Notes: generated by a model from the letters alone, not told the origin. DNA of 61,232 nt from Candidatus Latescibacterota bacterium (GCA_029941315.1 JAPYQE010000007.1:1-61232), one strand, 5' to 3'. Shown: positions 33,497 through 43,531, counted from the stretch's first letter. Numbers and translations are program-made.

Positions 33497-34504
33497 CTAT
33501 GGATAAACCTTCAATGCCTCGTCGTTGAAGTCAATGATCTCATCTTGCAAACCGTCGACCACCTTGTTGCACCAATCCGCATCGCTGAGCAACGGGCGAC
33601 CGATGGCGACTAGGTCGAATTCGCCGCGGTCAAAACGCCGCATCAATTCTTGTTTGCTTTGCGGTCCGTCGCCAAAGAACTCACCGGTCACCAGCCCCAC
33701 ATTGCCCACGGTGATCGTCGGCAGATCGGCGATCTTTTTGCTCCAGCCGGCTAGATTGAGATCGGAACCATCAAACTCGGGCAGCCAGAAGCGCCGCGTG
33801 CTGGCGTGAAGAAAGTCGATGCCGGCGTCTTTTAAGGCGAGCAGCGTCTTTTCCAGTTCTTGTGGTGTCGCGAACTGCTTGGCCTCGAAGTCGCGCACGG
33901 TCCACTGAGAAAAGCGAATGCCCAGCGGGTAAACAGGGCCGACTTGGCGGCGAATTTCGCGCACGAGATCGCAGACGAACGCGAGTTGCCCGGCGCGCAA
34001 GAAACTGTCGATCAAATAGCCGTGCGCGCCGTGCAGTTCGATGCCATCAAAGCCGATTTTCTGCGCGGATACCGCACCGGCAACAAAGGCATTGAATAGC
34101 TCCTGCAGGGCTTTACCCTCAGCTTGTACGACAACCTCCCGACCTTCTTCGACCACCGACCGGGCCGCGATCCCGGGTCGGTTTATCGGGCCTTGGTGCC
34201 ATAGCTGCACAAAAGTCTTGCTACCGGTTGGCTCAATTTTGGCGAGCACGGCCTGCCAGGCTGCTGCGGTATCTTCGGCAATGCGGGGGATCTGGTCCGA
34301 GTTGGCCGCCAAGCGGTGTTCGACCACCGTGCCCTCCGTTATAAGTAGGCCAACACCTCCGGCGGCCCGGCGGTGATAGTATTCCGCGACAATGCTCGTC
34401 GGCACGCCGCCAGGCGATTGTTTACGCGTCATCGGTGCCATGACAAAGCGATTGCGCAAGTCTAGGTCTTTGATTTTGTAGGGTTGAGATAGGGCTGTTA
34501 TCAT
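33497..34504 (-). CDS. NADH:flavin oxidoreductase (Old Yellow Enzyme family)
   Basis: Start moved to ATG at 34504. RFVMAPMTR and IELHGAHGYLIDSFL. Confidence 0.85.
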   Translation of the reverse strand: MITALSQPYKIKDLDLRNRFVMAPMTRKQSPGGVPTSIVAEYYHRRAAGGVGLLITEGTVVEHRLAANSDQIPRIAEDTAAAWQAVLAKIEPTGSKTFVQLWHQGPINRPGIAARSVVEEGREVVVQAEGKALQELFNAFVAGAVSAQKIGFDGIELHGAHGYLIDSFLRAGQLAFVCDLVREIRRQVGPVYPLGIRFSQWTVRDFEAKQFATPQELEKTLLALKDAGIDFLHASTRRFWLPEFDGSDLNLAGWSKKIADLPTITVGNVGLVTGEFFGDGPQSKQELMRRFDRGEFDLVAIGRPLLSDADWCNKVVDGLQDEIIDFNDEALKVYP

Positions 34505-34614
34505 ATGGTCTTTTTTATCATTCGGTTCCGACACTCCATAACAAAGCATATTTGATCAATCAAAATGCGCATACCTACGTGGCTAATGCGCACATGATCT
34601 GCGCGCTATTTTTC

Positions 34615-35715
34615 TTAGTATGTCGTTTGCGGTTGCGGCCAGCGATACTGCGGCACCCACGGCAACTCATAGCCAAGACGGTGGGCCGCGCGTTGCCACC
34701 AACGCGGATCGGCCAGTGCCGCGCGGGCAATAAATACGCCATCGGCCTGTCCTGTGCGCAGAATATGCTCGGCCTGCAAGGCATCTGTTATCGCTCCAAC
34801 AGTTCCCACGGGGATATCCGCCTCCGCTCTTATACGGGCGGCAAAGGAAGTCTGATACCCAGGGCCAGACGAAATATTAGGATTGGGCACATTGCCGCCA
34901 GCTGAGACGTCGATAAGATCCACACCGCGCTCTTTGGCCAGTTTGGCAAAGTGTACGGAGCGCTGCAAATCGCCTGCGATATCGTCCCAGTCAGTAGCTG
35001 AGATGCGCACGACGAGCGGCATGGCATCGGGTATTTTGGCGCGAATAGCGTCGATGATCGCCAGCGGCAGTTTTAAACGCTTATCGTCCGTGCCCCCCCA
35101 TTCGTCGTTGCGCTGATTGACCAATGGACTGCGAAACGAGTCGACAAGATAACCGTGCGCGCCATGCAGCTCTATCAAATCAAACCCAGCAGCGACGGCG
35201 CGCGCTGCGGCCTCTGCAAAGTCTTCGATGACAGCGTGAATTTGTTCGACGGTCATCGCGAGAGGCGCTGAATAGTGCCCGAAGGCCACATCTGTAGGGG
35301 CCAAAGTCTGCCAACCACCCTCCGATGTTGGTACCGTGCCGTCCGGTCCCGTAGTCGGTGGATAAGTGGCGCCCTTGCGGCCGGCGTGGCCAATTTGAAC
35401 GCCGATTTTGGCATCGTGGCTATGCTCGTGCACAAAGTGTGTGATCCGTTGCCATGCTTCTACTTGCGCATCGTTCCACAATCCAGTATCCCGAGGCGAA
35501 ATGCGCCCCTCCGGGTTCACCGCTGTCGATTCGGCTATAATGAGCGCCGCGCCGCCCGTGGCGAAAGACCCCAAATGGACTAAATGCCAATCATTTGGAA
35601 CACCGGGCGCATGCACCGGATCGCAAGAGTACTGGCACATGGGCGAAACCCAGCCGCGATGAGGCAGGTTTACCGAGCGCAAAGCCAATGGCTCGAAAAG
35701 CGTTGAAGTATTCAT
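34615..35715 (-). CDS. NADH:flavin oxidoreductase (Old Yellow Enzyme family, NamA/YqjM-like)
   Basis: VSPMCQYS, QIGHAGRK, IELHGAHGYLVDSF. Tandem paralog of 33497-34504. Confidence 0.88.
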   Translation of the reverse strand: MNTSTLFEPLALRSVNLPHRGWVSPMCQYSCDPVHAPGVPNDWHLVHLGSFATGGAALIIAESTAVNPEGRISPRDTGLWNDAQVEAWQRITHFVHEHSHDAKIGVQIGHAGRKGATYPPTTGPDGTVPTSEGGWQTLAPTDVAFGHYSAPLAMTVEQIHAVIEDFAEAAARAVAAGFDLIELHGAHGYLVDSFRSPLVNQRNDEWGGTDDKRLKLPLAIIDAIRAKIPDAMPLVVRISATDWDDIAGDLQRSVHFAKLAKERGVDLIDVSAGGNVPNPNISSGPGYQTSFAARIRAEADIPVGTVGAITDALQAEHILRTGQADGVFIARAALADPRWWQRAAHRLGYELPWVPQYRWPQPQTTY

Positions 35716-35752
35716 TTAAAATATCCCTTAGAAAAAAGTAAGATTTACCTTT

Positions 35753-35767
35753 GCAGATGGCATCTGC
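35753..35767. promoter_or_regulatory. perfect 7-1-7 palindrome GCAGATG-G-CATCTGC (candidate operator) upstream of the OYE gene
   Basis: Read directly from the sequence. It lies about 40 nt upstream of the start codon at 35715 and is followed by a second CATCTG. Confidence 0.35.
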
Positions 35768-36366
35768 CATCTGATGTGCATCAACCTTACCCTCGAACGG
35801 GGCTACATCGAGCAAATGGTGGAACTGCACAAGCGTGCACAAAAAACGCAGTATCGCTTAATAGCAAGCGTTTTTACAGCCTGTTCTTGCGCAGATATAT
35901 GTGTTGCTGATAAAAAAGGATCGCTGCGCAGATCTAAAACTAGCGATATCGCATCAAGGAGGAACAGCGAACAAAGGGGCTGATCGGTGCGAGCTTTCGA
36001 CCTAATAACAATGCGTTATAGTGAATAATAATAATGCCATTTTGCAGAATTTTGTCAAATAACAAAGCAAGTCAGGATCACGCACATTTTCACACGCAGT
36101 CGCATCAGGCAACGATCCCTTCTCTGCCGCCGCGACTACGGTCTGCAGCTATAAAACTGGCGAATCCCACCAACGTGCTAGGAATGTCCTCAGCACAAAT
36201 CGAAAAGCGAATCGCCGCTTCAATCGCCGTCGGATATAAGAGATGATAGGTATTATAGATAAGGATGCGTCTTCCCGACCGCCTCGATCAGCGCCTCCGT
36301 ATCACCGAAGCCGCTGATCCCCCAGCACCTCGTCTTGCCCACTTGCATCGCCCGCAGCAAATTGCC

Positions 36367-38475
36367 CTAATGCAATAACATCATCGGCCGCTGCAGCGTG
36401 CTGTAGTCGGTAGCCAACTCGTATATATAGGTACCCGCACTAGCCGGTTGATTCTCATGGTCCGTGCCGTCCCAGATTACCTCTCGCGCACCCGCCGCCT
36501 GCGACGCATCGACCAAGGTCTTGATATGCTGCCCTAAACTATTATATACCTTGAGCCGCACGTTCGTCGGTGCCGCCAGCGCATAACCGATCGTCGTCGA
36601 AGGGTTAAAGGGATTGGGGTAGTTTTGCTGTAGATTGAAACGGTCGGGCTGGTCTTGGGATGCTCTAATACTCGTAGCCGCAAGTTGTATGGTAATCGTC
36701 TTGGATCCAGGCGTTAAAACAAAGCTCGCAGTAAAAGTCTCACCGCCACTGCGCACCCTGGCCTCGTAGTCGCCGTAGAACCCCCGATCGCTGAATTGCC
36801 CGCTGGCATCGGTCTGCCCCTTTGCGCTCGTCCACCATTCCCGGAAAACCAGGTCCTTGTAAATCTGCGCATGCGGCCTCGGCGTCCAATCAGCCGTATA
36901 TAGCGCGGCGGCCGGCCGCCAATGCGCTTTCTCCCAAAAACCCCAGAATTGCAGACCAGTGACGGCGGGATGGCTGAAGATCGCCGTCATAAAATCGCGC
37001 GTATAATCGTTGAGTAACTCCTGGTCGGCGCTATTGATATCAAATTCGGTGATCTTGATATCGAGACCGAAACGTGCAAAGCGATCGAGCACGCTGAGCA
37101 CCTTAGACGGAGCCGTCACGCTCTCACCAAAATGGCCCTGCATGCCGATCCCCGTAATCGGTGCGCCCTGGTCCAGCAAATACTGAATCGTCTTTTCATA
37201 GTGGTTTTGGTGCGCAATATCCTGGCCGCCATTGCTGAGGATGCTAAAGTCATTGATAAAAAGCGGTGCCGTCGGTAAGTTGCGGCGCGCCGCGGCAAAC
37301 CAATCGACCATCACCTCCTCGCCGCTCAGATCCATCACATCGTGGTTATGATAGGGCTCATTGATTACATCCCACTCCTGTACCAGATCGCGCATCTGTT
37401 GGGTTATTTCATCGATATGCGCGATAATCAGCGGTGGGATAAGTGTCGCCGCATCAGAATTCCCCTCTAAATCCTTGAGACTTTGTGGCAAATTGGACCA
37501 ACCGGGCCAGACGAGCACATGGCCGCGCCGGTGTAAACCATGGGCCTTGAGCCATTCGAAACCGGACAGCGCCTTTTCGCGACTGAAGTTGCTGCCCCAA
37601 TCACCGTCCCAGGGCGGCCACTTCAGCGCGTTCTCGTTAGAAGCGGCGTTGAAGAGCTCTTTGACCTTCTCGCGATATACCACATCTTCGGCCGCAGCGC
37701 TGCTAAGGCGCCGAATCTGTAACGCAGAGCCAAAGAGAAAGGCGTGGCGCCGCATCTCGACTTCGACTTCTGCGTTGGCCAAGGGCTGCCCGTTCGGGCC
37801 GAGTATGGCTAAAGTGAAATCGCCTTGGCGGTGTTGCCGAATACGATCCGCAGCCGCACTGCGCCATGTCGCGTCAGGCTCGCGACCGGCATAGGTCGGT
37901 TTTACTGCCGGCAAGTCGTCGACCTGCAATTGCGTCCCGTAATGCAGCACCGCAAAACCGGCAAGCTCAATGGTCTGGCGTCGGCTGCCAACGCCAAAGT
38001 TGATCGCGGCCTGCCCGGTGGCGTAGTCGTCGATAAATTCAAAGGGGAAAAAGAACTCGCGCCATTCGGCCCCAACACTAACCCCGCGATGCAGCGACTT
38101 GTCCCAATCCGGTGCGCCCTTCTGCGCGTACACCGTAAAAAAAACCTCGCCGGTCTCATCGCTCGATTCGGTTCCGCGGGCCCAGAAATGGATCAGCGCG
38201 ACATCGCCCCTCGCCACGGGTGCAATCGTGGTGTTGCCGATTTCGACGCTCCAGGTATCCCCGGCCTCATGCAGGATCTCGACGCGCAGCGCCCGGTTGA
38301 AATCCGCGTGTTCGACATCGACGATCTGGCTGCGAGCCTCGCTGCCAGAAATTGGCCTGCGGGCGGTCGTAAGAAAATCATCCGGCGTCAACGGCGTACC
38401 CCCGGCGGGGATTTGTGCTTGTGCGGTATGCAAAGTACACAAAATGAAAACGGCAGGGGCTATATATTTTATCAC
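36367..38475 (-). CDS. GH10 endo-beta-1,4-xylanase with an N-terminal CBM-like domain and a T9SS type-A C-terminal sorting domain
   Basis: NENALKW, GHVLVWPGW, WDVINEP (acid/base Glu) and ITEFDI (nucleophile Glu). C-terminus LQQNYPNPFNPSTTIGY..VYNSLGQHIKTL..WDGTD..AGTYIY. Start placed at GTG 38475 (MIKYIAPAVFILCTLHTAQAQ signal peptide); this choice is uncertain. Confidence 0.88.
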   Translation of the reverse strand: MIKYIAPAVFILCTLHTAQAQIPAGGTPLTPDDFLTTARRPISGSEARSQIVDVEHADFNRALRVEILHEAGDTWSVEIGNTTIAPVARGDVALIHFWARGTESSDETGEVFFTVYAQKGAPDWDKSLHRGVSVGAEWREFFFPFEFIDDYATGQAAINFGVGSRRQTIELAGFAVLHYGTQLQVDDLPAVKPTYAGREPDATWRSAAADRIRQHRQGDFTLAILGPNGQPLANAEVEVEMRRHAFLFGSALQIRRLSSAAAEDVVYREKVKELFNAASNENALKWPPWDGDWGSNFSREKALSGFEWLKAHGLHRRGHVLVWPGWSNLPQSLKDLEGNSDAATLIPPLIIAHIDEITQQMRDLVQEWDVINEPYHNHDVMDLSGEEVMVDWFAAARRNLPTAPLFINDFSILSNGGQDIAHQNHYEKTIQYLLDQGAPITGIGMQGHFGESVTAPSKVLSVLDRFARFGLDIKITEFDINSADQELLNDYTRDFMTAIFSHPAVTGLQFWGFWEKAHWRPAAALYTADWTPRPHAQIYKDLVFREWWTSAKGQTDASGQFSDRGFYGDYEARVRSGGETFTASFVLTPGSKTITIQLAATSIRASQDQPDRFNLQQNYPNPFNPSTTIGYALAAPTNVRLKVYNSLGQHIKTLVDASQAAGAREVIWDGTDHENQPASAGTYIYELATDYSTLQRPMMLLH

Positions 38476-38482
38476 AGTGATA

Positions 38483-40693
38483 TTACTTGATCGATAGAGA
38501 AAATGGCAGATGCTCCGGCGCGCACGGATTATCCGCTGGCTGATCCGCCATCGCAAAGCGCAATATACAACCACCCGCCAAGACTTGGTGCGCGATATCG
38601 GCCGCAGGATGCGCGGCACCATCGACCTCTACCTCTTGCACATAAATATTTTCCGCGTCATTGCTCGGTGCTTCGATAATCAGCTCTTTGCCATTCGGCA
38701 GATGCACCGTGGCTTTTTTGAACAACGGGCTACCTAATACATAGGACGGATGCCCCGGACAGAATGGATAAAAACCCAATGCCGAAAAAATATACCACGA
38801 GGCCATTTCACCATTGTCCTCGTCGCCGCTGAAACCCTGGGGCGAATAGAGTTCGTTGAGCACGCGTCGCACGCAATATTGCGTGCGATGGGCCGCCCCG
38901 GCAAACGCGTATAAATAGAGCACGTGGTGTACTGGCTGGTTTGAATGCGCGTACTGGCCGAAGTCAACGGCGGCCATTTCGGTCATTTCGTGTATCTCGA
39001 AATTATAGGAGCCCACTTCAAAACGCGGCGGCAACGCCAGCATCTTATCCAGCTTGTCGATCGTCGCCTGTGGCCCGCCCAATAGCTCGATCAAACCAGC
39101 CGCGTCGTGCGGCACCGCCCAAGTACATTGCCAGGCCGAACCTTCGATATAGGCGCCACCCCAGCGAAATTCATCGAAGGGTGTCTCCCAGGACCCGTCG
39201 CGCAGACGCCCCTGCATAAAACCCGTCGCCTTATTAAACGTGTTGCGATAATAAAAGGCGCGTTCGCTATATTGCCGATAATCATCCTCGCGACCGAGCG
39301 CCTTGGCCACCTGTGCGACACAGAAATCATTATACGCGAAATCTTGCGTGCGCGAAGCCGCGTGCTCAACCTCGTCGTGCGGCACCCAACCCAGATTGGC
39401 AAAGGCCGCGATGCCGCGGCGGCCGTAGTTCCCGGCCTCGTCGCCTATTTCATTGGCATTTTTCAGCATTGCCGCGTACGCCGTCTCCAGATCAAAACCC
39501 GTAACGCCACGCACACAGGCATCGGCCACCACCGCGTCCAAATGCGTGCCGATCATGCAGGCGCGATAACCGGGGCTAGTCCATTTGGGAAACCAGCCGC
39601 CTTCGCGATAAGCCTGTACCCAGCCTTCGACAACCTCAGCCAAGCGATCTGGATCGAGCAACGCCAACAAAGGATAGACCGTGCGATGGGTATCCCAGAA
39701 ACCATTGTCGGCGTAGAGCACACCAGGGTGCAACTCGCCGTCGTAAGGACTATAGTGGTAAGACTCGCCCGATTCGTCGTATTCGTACCAGACGCGGGGA
39801 AAAAGATGCGCTCGATACAAACACGAATAGAAGGTTTCGAGCTGCACTTGGCTGGCTCCTTCAATCTCGATGCGCTTGAGAACCGCGTTCCAGACATCCT
39901 CCGACTCGCCGAGCACCTCGTCAAAAATGCGGTCGCCGACCTCGCGCTGCAGATTGCGTTGCGCCTGCTCGACACTGATAAAGGAGGTCGCGATGCGTAC
40001 GGTAATCGGTCCACTATGTTGCGCAAATTCGAGAAAAGCCCCCAACTTATCGCCCATGCGCCGCGTTTCGCCTTCCCACACTTCACCGCCCTTGAAGAAT
40101 CCGCCGTCTTTGACGGGTGAATCCGCCTCTATATAAAAGTACAGCGCATAGTTATCGGGTACCCCACCGCTATTGGCTCTGGTGAAACCGCTCAGCGTCC
40201 CTTGCGCCTCGTCAAATACGAACTCGCACTGACCGTCAAAGAGATCGATGATCAAGCGCGCCGGCTCGCCCTCGGGAAAATTCAAACGCATCAGGGCACA
40301 ACGCTCCGTCGGCGTGATTTCCACGCTCGTGCGATAGCGTCCCAAAAAGGTGCGAAAATAATGCGGGCCCAACGTCGTATCCTCAGCGCGAAAGACGGAC
40401 GAACGTTGTGCCCCTTGCAAGAAACGACGACCGCTTTGCGGACAGAGCAGGAAATGCCCGTAATCGCCGATCCACGGACTCGGCTGGTGCGTGGCACGGA
40501 TGCCCTGTAATTGGCGCGCGGTGGGTTGATAAAAACGCGGGCTGTCTTCGGTCTGCGGCGCCCAGTGCGTCATCGCGAAGGGGCGCGCGACCAGCGGCAG
40601 AGTGTTTCCTTGTGAAAAGGTATGCACAGAATTGCTACCCTGAGCGGGGTTCACATAGTCGAGCAGATTGCGCAGTTTTTGTTTTTTCGACAT
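38483..40693 (-). CDS. GH92-family alpha-mannosidase, no signal peptide
   Basis: GNTLPLVARPFAMTHWAPQT, DNGFWDTHRTVYPLLALL and GGWFPKWTSPGYRACMIGTH. Start moved to MSKKQKL. Confidence 0.85.
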   Translation of the reverse strand: MSKKQKLRNLLDYVNPAQGSNSVHTFSQGNTLPLVARPFAMTHWAPQTEDSPRFYQPTARQLQGIRATHQPSPWIGDYGHFLLCPQSGRRFLQGAQRSSVFRAEDTTLGPHYFRTFLGRYRTSVEITPTERCALMRLNFPEGEPARLIIDLFDGQCEFVFDEAQGTLSGFTRANSGGVPDNYALYFYIEADSPVKDGGFFKGGEVWEGETRRMGDKLGAFLEFAQHSGPITVRIATSFISVEQAQRNLQREVGDRIFDEVLGESEDVWNAVLKRIEIEGASQVQLETFYSCLYRAHLFPRVWYEYDESGESYHYSPYDGELHPGVLYADNGFWDTHRTVYPLLALLDPDRLAEVVEGWVQAYREGGWFPKWTSPGYRACMIGTHLDAVVADACVRGVTGFDLETAYAAMLKNANEIGDEAGNYGRRGIAAFANLGWVPHDEVEHAASRTQDFAYNDFCVAQVAKALGREDDYRQYSERAFYYRNTFNKATGFMQGRLRDGSWETPFDEFRWGGAYIEGSAWQCTWAVPHDAAGLIELLGGPQATIDKLDKMLALPPRFEVGSYNFEIHEMTEMAAVDFGQYAHSNQPVHHVLYLYAFAGAAHRTQYCVRRVLNELYSPQGFSGDEDNGEMASWYIFSALGFYPFCPGHPSYVLGSPLFKKATVHLPNGKELIIEAPSNDAENIYVQEVEVDGAAHPAADIAHQVLAGGCILRFAMADQPADNPCAPEHLPFSLSIK

Positions 40694-40890
40694 ATAAATA
40701 ATCCAATAAAAAGCGGCGGCCATCAGACCTTCGGCTCGCCGACATAGGCTAAAGAACTTCTAAAAATACACCTTCTTATTCCATTCTACCAGCTCGTCGT
40801 TTCTCTGGATAAAACTACGGCTTAAACATCCGACAAACCCGCTAGCCACCCTTGTTGCTTGCTCCACCCATCCCCCCGTTGCATCACCAA

Positions 40891-41163
40891 CTAAATAAAT
40901 GGCGCCTTAGCCTCAACATAATATTGTCGGCACTCCCGGTACTCCTCGGCCTTCGACAGATCGTCCCACAGCTGCTTGCCACGCAAATATTTCTCTTGCG
41001 CCGGGCTGGTCCCCATCTTAAAGGTCCCCGGCTCAATCCACACGAATTGCAAGCCAATATCGCGTAGGCGCAGCGAATCTTCTTCTCGCGCATTTTTTTC
41101 GCCGTTGGCGCAACCGCACCAGGTACAAAACAGTATCAGATAGCCCATTGTCCGATAGCTCAT
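40891..41163 (-). CDS. small lipoprotein whose N-terminus resembles the start of an FGE-sulfatase (SUMF1) domain; possibly a truncated remnant
   Basis: Lipobox-like LILFCTWCGC. FVWIEPGTFKMGTS resembles the first strand of formylglycine-generating-enzyme domains. The ORF ends after 90 aa and the remainder is unrelated. Confidence 0.3.
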   Translation of the reverse strand: MSYRTMGYLILFCTWCGCANGEKNAREEDSLRLRDIGLQFVWIEPGTFKMGTSPAQEKYLRGKQLWDDLSKAEEYRECRQYYVEAKAPFI

Positions 41164-41274
41164 CTTTGCCCTTTATCCCGTTCGCGACAAGAGCCCTTGT
41201 ATCGTCGTCGTTCCAGCTTATCTTTTGTCAGCTATAAACCATTTGAGAATTAAGCTAACCCAATAGAAGCCGCC

Positions 41275-42507
41275 ATGACACCCGATCAGATGCTGACACC
41301 CGAAGAAGCCCGGTCCATCATACTTGAACACATCCAGATCCTCGGCCCCGAACGCGTCTCGCTGCTCGATGCCGATGGTCGCGTGCTAGCCGGCGATATC
41401 CTCGCCCAACGCGACAACCCGCCCTACGACAACTCGGCGATGGACGGCTACGCGGTGCGTCACCAGGACGTGGCCCAGGCCAGCGCCGACGCACCCGTAG
41501 CCCTGGCAGTCGTCGAAGACATCCCCGCCGGCACCGTACCGCAAAAGCAAGTCGGCCCGGGGCAAAGCAGCCGCATTATGACCGGTGCCCCGGTACCCGC
41601 CGGCGCCGATACCATCGTGCCCGTCGAAGACACCCGCGGCGAGGGCGAAAGTATAGAGGTCCTTGAAGTCGAGGAGCCCGGTGAACACATCCGCCACGCC
41701 GGCGAGGATATGCGCGCTGGCCAGCCGATCCTCACCACCGGCACCGAATGCGGCCCCGGCGAACTGGCCGTGCTCGCCGCCGTGCAGCAGAGCTTCGTCT
41801 CGGTCTACCGCCGGCCCCGCATCGCCATTCTCTCCACCGGCGATGAACTCGTCGAAATCGAAGAGACGCCCGGCGAGGGCCAGATCGTCAACAGCAACAC
41901 CACAGCCCTGGCCGCCTTTTGCCACGCGCACGGCGCCGAACCTATCATGTTGCCCATCGCCCGAGATGACGAGGCCGTGATCCGCGCCACCATTATATCC
42001 GCGCTCAAAGCCGATTTCGCTGTCTCGTCGGGCGGCGTCTCGGTCGGCAAATACGACTTCGTCAAAAAGGTCCTCGACGACCTCGGCGCGGAAACCATCT
42101 TCTGGCGGGTGGCGATGAAACCGGGCAAACCGCTGGTTTTCTGCACCGTCGACGGCATTCCTTATTTTGGCCTGCCGGGCAACCCAGTCTCCAGCATGAT
42201 ATCCTTCCTACAATTCGTGCGCCCGGCCATCCGCAAAGCTTCCGGTTATCGCGAAGCCGACTGGCCCCTACCCGAGGCCCGCGCGCAGATCGAACACCCA
42301 GTAGACAATGACGGCGGCCGCCGCCAGTATATGCGCGCCACCCTCAATTATCGCGACGGCCTGCTATTCGCCCGCACCGCCAAGAGCCAGGGCTCGCACA
42401 TGATCAGTTCGATGATCGGCGCCAATGGTTTCGTCGTACTCGAACCCAAGCAACAGGCCGCCGCCGGCGACACCGTCACCGTGCAAATCGTCGGCCCCAT
42501 CTTCTAA
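41275..42507 (+). CDS. moeA: molybdopterin molybdotransferase
   Basis: PPYDNSAMDGYAV, SGGVSVGKYDFV and GLPGNPVSS. Confidence 0.9.
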   Translation: MTPDQMLTPEEARSIILEHIQILGPERVSLLDADGRVLAGDILAQRDNPPYDNSAMDGYAVRHQDVAQASADAPVALAVVEDIPAGTVPQKQVGPGQSSRIMTGAPVPAGADTIVPVEDTRGEGESIEVLEVEEPGEHIRHAGEDMRAGQPILTTGTECGPGELAVLAAVQQSFVSVYRRPRIAILSTGDELVEIEETPGEGQIVNSNTTALAAFCHAHGAEPIMLPIARDDEAVIRATIISALKADFAVSSGGVSVGKYDFVKKVLDDLGAETIFWRVAMKPGKPLVFCTVDGIPYFGLPGNPVSSMISFLQFVRPAIRKASGYREADWPLPEARAQIEHPVDNDGGRRQYMRATLNYRDGLLFARTAKSQGSHMISSMIGANGFVVLEPKQQAAAGDTVTVQIVGPIF

Positions 42508-42520
42508 ACGGGGAAAATAA

Positions 42521-43531
42521 TTGAACCGCCCACCCGCCGAATCCAAACTCGTCCCGGTCGCGCAACTACGCTCCTTCGCCGCCGCTTGCCTCAAAGCCGC
42601 CGGCCTGCGCTCCGAGCACGCCGATCAGCTAGCCGAGCTCTTATCTAATTCCGACCTGCGCGGCGTGCGCTCGCACGGCACCCGCGCCATCGCCGGCTAT
42701 TGCACCCGCCTCCGCGACGGCGGCAATAACCCCAACCCAGAGCTGCAAATCCTGCAAGATACACCCACTACCGTGCTCGTCGACGGCGACGGCGGGCTGG
42801 GCTACGCACCGATGATGCAGGCCACCGAAATGGCCATCGCTAAGGCCAAGGAGCACAAAGTGGCCCTTGGCGCTGCCTGCCACCACGGTCACTACGGCTC
42901 GGCCGGTCACTATGTGCGCCGCGCGATGGAAGAAGGTTGCACCGCCTTCTCGGTCCAGGGCGCACACTCCACCAGATTCGGCGAAGGCGGCGGCAACAAA
43001 GGCCAGCAATCCGCCTATTGGGGCAACCCCCCGATCTCCTTCGGTTTTCCCGCCGAAGAAGAACCGCCGCTGATCCTCGACGCGGCGACCTGTATCATGG
43101 CCGACTACCACCGCGGCCCCGAATACGACGCGCTACAAGAGCTCATCCCACCCGCCTTCTTCAAATCGATGGGCTATACCGGTTCGGCCCTGGCTCTGGG
43201 TGGCGCCTTTGTCGGCCAAAACAGCGACCGGGCCCGTGCAATCGCCGAACAGTGGCCACGCGCCAACAATGGCGGTCTAATTATCGTAATGGACATCGGC
43301 GCCTTCGCCCCACCCGAGGCCTTCCGCGAAGGCATCGACAACCTGGTGCGCGGCGTCCGCGAAACGATGGAACCCGTAAAAGGCTACCAAGAGGCCACAC
43401 TGCCCGGCACAATCGAAGACCGCAATTCAAAAGAATACACACAAACTGGCGTCCCGATGGCCCGCGAAGATCTCGAGAGACTCACCGCCTGCGGCCATGA
43501 GTTCGGTATTACAGCGGAGTGGGAACAATGA
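42521..43531 (+). CDS. Ldh_2-family (malate/L-lactate/sulfolactate-type) dehydrogenase
   Basis: TTG start. LRGVRSHGTRAIAGY..GGLGYAP..HHGHYGSAGHY fits the pattern of the Ldh_2 family. Confidence 0.7.
   Translation: MNRPPAESKLVPVAQLRSFAAACLKAAGLRSEHADQLAELLSNSDLRGVRSHGTRAIAGYCTRLRDGGNNPNPELQILQDTPTTVLVDGDGGLGYAPMMQATEMAIAKAKEHKVALGAACHHGHYGSAGHYVRRAMEEGCTAFSVQGAHSTRFGEGGGNKGQQSAYWGNPPISFGFPAEEEPPLILDAATCIMADYHRGPEYDALQELIPPAFFKSMGYTGSALALGGAFVGQNSDRARAIAEQWPRANNGGLIIVMDIGAFAPPEAFREGIDNLVRGVRETMEPVKGYQEATLPGTIEDRNSKEYTQTGVPMAREDLERLTACGHEFGITAEWEQ

Noticed and set aside
35591-36246. Small ORFs of 83, 69 and 70 aa in the OYE-GH10 spacer
   Set aside because: Atypical composition, no ribosome-binding sites and no recognisable motifs. 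They are mutually overlapping or sit in AT-rich DNA.
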